From the NCBI RefSeq assembly GCF_038025025.1, contig NW_027117346.1:124001-188000 (forward strand): 64,000 nt of DNA. The letters are read 5' to 3'. A program made the translations under genes and the position numbers. The stretch's first letter is position 1. Every line of letters starts with the position of its first letter. This document shows positions 61,535-64,000 of the stretch, one piece after another. Source of the stretch: Phyllosticta citribraziliensis (Eukaryota). Under the pieces are notes generated by a model. The model made no database searches. It was not told the DNA's origin and saw only the letters and a list, made by a program, of their open reading frames with translations.

Positions 61535-62645
61535 GCATGACCTCGGTTCGATGGAGACTTTTTCTTGAGACCTCGTTTCCCTGGCTTTCGCATCCCTTGC
61601 CTAGATTCCTAGAGGACGTGTAGACTGGGTGGAGTCTGATAGACGGGAGGACGGACGGACGGACCTGGAGGAGTGAGTGGCTTTGGGCGGGTTGTACTCG
61701 ACTGTTCCTAGACCGGCACCTTTTCGACCTTTTTACGACCTATGAATGCGTTCTTTCCTGCTTCCTCTACTCGACCCACGTCTTGACTTGCCTTGCCTTG
61801 GTTTTCCGCAACAGTGTCGGTGAGTATTGCCTGTCCTGCTTTCCCTCGCGCCGATGACCTTTCACAGCCCTGCCGTGCCCCTCTTGTGATCCCACCAAGC
61901 TCGTCAAACACAGCTGTTGCTTGCCCAAATCCAAGTTCCGGTGCACCGTCCCGTCTCGCCATCGCACCTCGGCCTCGGCCTCGGCAAATCCGACAATGAA
62001 TGTAGACGTTAGAGTTGCTTCGTCCCGAAAAGAGGCGACCTAGGTACCTTAGCCGGGGACTCGGAGTAGTGAGCGCCGCACCGCCACAGCCATCGGCGCG
62101 AGGTGATGACGAGTCACTCACTGGGGTCGTCTGTGATGCTATTTTCGTCTTGCTGGTCTGTCGACTGTCGTCAGTCGCCGTTGTCGACCTCCGGCTCCAG
62201 TCGTCAGGGTCAGCGTCACCCAGGCAGACAGGTAGGTCCGTCGTCGTCGCTTGCCCCGTCTGTCCTGATAGCTTTCTACACATTAGCTGCTTCTTTGTAC
62301 GGGTCGGGAAGAGGCCATGGGAAGAGGCAAGACGCGGGCGGGCTTGGCGCCACGCGTATACCGCAGCGGGCAGAAGGCGATGGCGATGGGCGACGGCACG
62401 ACGGGGTGGTGGTGGCGCCGTGTGGCGTGGCGCGGCGCATGCGTCGGTTCGGGCCGGATGACGATGGATGGCGATGGCTGGCGATGAATGGTGATTGATG
62501 GGACGCGTGGACGTGGAGGTAGAGGTGGAGGTAACCAGAGGGGGCGATTGCGTGGTGGTGGTGTGCCTTGCGGGACGACGGGTATAAGTGTACATAAAGA
62601 GGAGGACATCCTGATGCCAACCAACGTCCTCGTAGCCCTCACGCC

Positions 62646-62676
62646 TCTCTCCTCTCCTCTCCTCTCCTCTCCTCTC
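62646..62676 (+). repeat. (CTCTC)n pyrimidine tract, CT-box-like
   Basis: Pentamer repeat lying between TATAAG (~62583) and ATG 62774. Confidence 0.7.
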
Positions 62677-62773
62677 CTTTCCTCTCGACAGCTATCCACA
62701 GCTATCCAACAAATCCAACAAACAACCAATCAACGCCGCCACCATACCTCTCCTCACCAAACTCCTCGACAAA

Positions 62774-63205
62774 ATGTCCCACCACGGGCACGGACAACAC
62801 GTACACCACGGCAACGGCCCGCCGCCGCCGCCTCCACCGCCCGGTCCCCATCATCACGGCGGCGGCCATCATCACGGCGGTCCCCCTCCTGGTCCCCCTG
62901 GCGGATCTCCGGGTGGGTTTGGTGGGCCGGGGGGTCATCATGGCGGTGGTCATCAGCATGGCGGGCCCCCTGGCGGGCCCCCTGGTGGGTTCGGCGGACC
63001 GGGTGGACCGGGGCATCATCAGGGCGGAGGTCATCATGGAGGGCCGCCTGGCGGGTTTGGCGGCCCTGGCGGTCCTGGGGGCTTTGGCGGCCCTGGCGGC
63101 CCTGGTGGCTTCGGTGGTCCCCCTGGAGGCCCTGGAGGCTTTGGCGGCCCTGGCGGACCGGGACACCACGGGCATCACGGACATCATGGGCATCACGGAC
63201 CGTAA
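62774..63205 (+). CDS. Small Gly/His/Pro-rich low-complexity protein, 143 aa
   Basis: Good start context (CAAAATGTC), upstream TATA and CT tract, and GGPGGFGGP and HHG repeats with synonymous third-position variation. Confidence 0.75.
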   Translation: MSHHGHGQHVHHGNGPPPPPPPPGPHHHGGGHHHGGPPPGPPGGSPGGFGGPGGHHGGGHQHGGPPGGPPGGFGGPGGPGHHQGGGHHGGPPGGFGGPGGPGGFGGPGGPGGFGGPPGGPGGFGGPGGPGHHGHHGHHGHHGP

Positions 63206-63750
63206 AGTAGTGCAGTGTAGGCGACGACAGAAAAGATGAGGGATGCGGGGATTAAGGATGCAGGGAGGGAGAAAGATATACCCAAACCAAAGCAAACCGT
63301 CAACGGTTGACGGATAGAGAGAGAAATAAGAAATTCGAAATACTTTGACAGAAAGAATGAAGCAATTAAACGATGAAGTTGTAGGATTTTACTGTTTCAG
63401 TGATTAATGGAAGGGGGGAGGGGCGGTCTTGGCGTTTCAGGGGTAAGGGGGAGGCATGAAGGAGGGGAAAAGTGTCTTTCTTTTTTGACTCTCTAGTCTA
63501 TTACTATTACCTATACTGCGTGCTCAAGAGTGGAGAGAAAGGTAAAAAACAGCCGGCGAACGTCCCGTCTCTGTCGCAGGTATGCAGGCAGTCAGTCACC
63601 TAGTGTGCGGTTGGTACAAAAGCCGTACATCCAACCCACCAGAAACTCGCCACCGCAGCAGCCAAACCTCAAAGCCACTGCTTCTCCTTCTCTTCCCCTG
63701 CTCAAAGTCACAAGTCAAACCGCGGACCGCGGACCACCCTCACCCTCCTC

Positions 63751-64000
63751 CTAGCCAACATGACTGCCTGTATCATACGGGCCCGTCCCCTCCAAGACTG
63801 ACAGCGCCAGCGCTCGCGCCTCCGTCTTCCACGCATCGGATTCCTCGGCCGTGGAGTCTGCTCCCTTCTCTTCTTCCTGCTCTCCCTCTGCGGTCTGCTG
63901 CGCCTCTTGCTCCTCGGCATGGCTACTGCTCCGGCCCTCCAACGCTCCGAACGCTTGGTCGCGCCACCACACCGTCTGCGTCTCTGGGTCGGCGATCAGT
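63751..64000 (-). CDS. 3' end of an unknown gene running off the window
   Basis: Frame open from the window edge (LIADPETQTVWWRDQAFGALEG...) to the stop at 63751; Glu-rich. Family not recognised. Confidence 0.55.
   Translation of the reverse strand, partial: LIADPETQTVWWRDQAFGALEGRSSSHAEEQEAQQTAEGEQEEEKGADSTAEESDAWKTEARALALSVLEGTGPYDTGSHVG

Noticed and set aside
61708..62595. 295-aa minus-strand ORF
   Set aside because: Low-complexity promoter-region sequence with no protein-like features.

Overview
Intron-containing fungal DNA from a filamentous ascomycete (Pezizomycotina, probably Dothideomycetes-like; taxon is inferred). Left part: partial RraA/HMG-aldolase gene, an orphan gene preceded by a degenerate ~49-bp repeat array, NUO51, centrin CDC31, a Nup98-Nup96 polyprotein gene, a LaeA-like methyltransferase and quercetin 2,3-dioxygenase. 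Middle: a ~9-kb microsatellite-rich gene desert, an RVxF-motif protein and a Y-family polymerase (iota-like) with micro-exons. At 36.7-47.5 kb is a family of four paralogues sharing an unusual N-terminal Cys/His domain; two look intact and two are disrupted. Right part: an amidase / Zn2Cys6 regulator / UNC-93-like MFS / PhyH dioxygenase cluster, a GH63 gene, a Gly/His/Pro-rich protein and a partial gene. No rRNA, tRNA, CRISPR array or recognisable transposase was seen. Exon models were read by hand from splice signals; no database searches were run.
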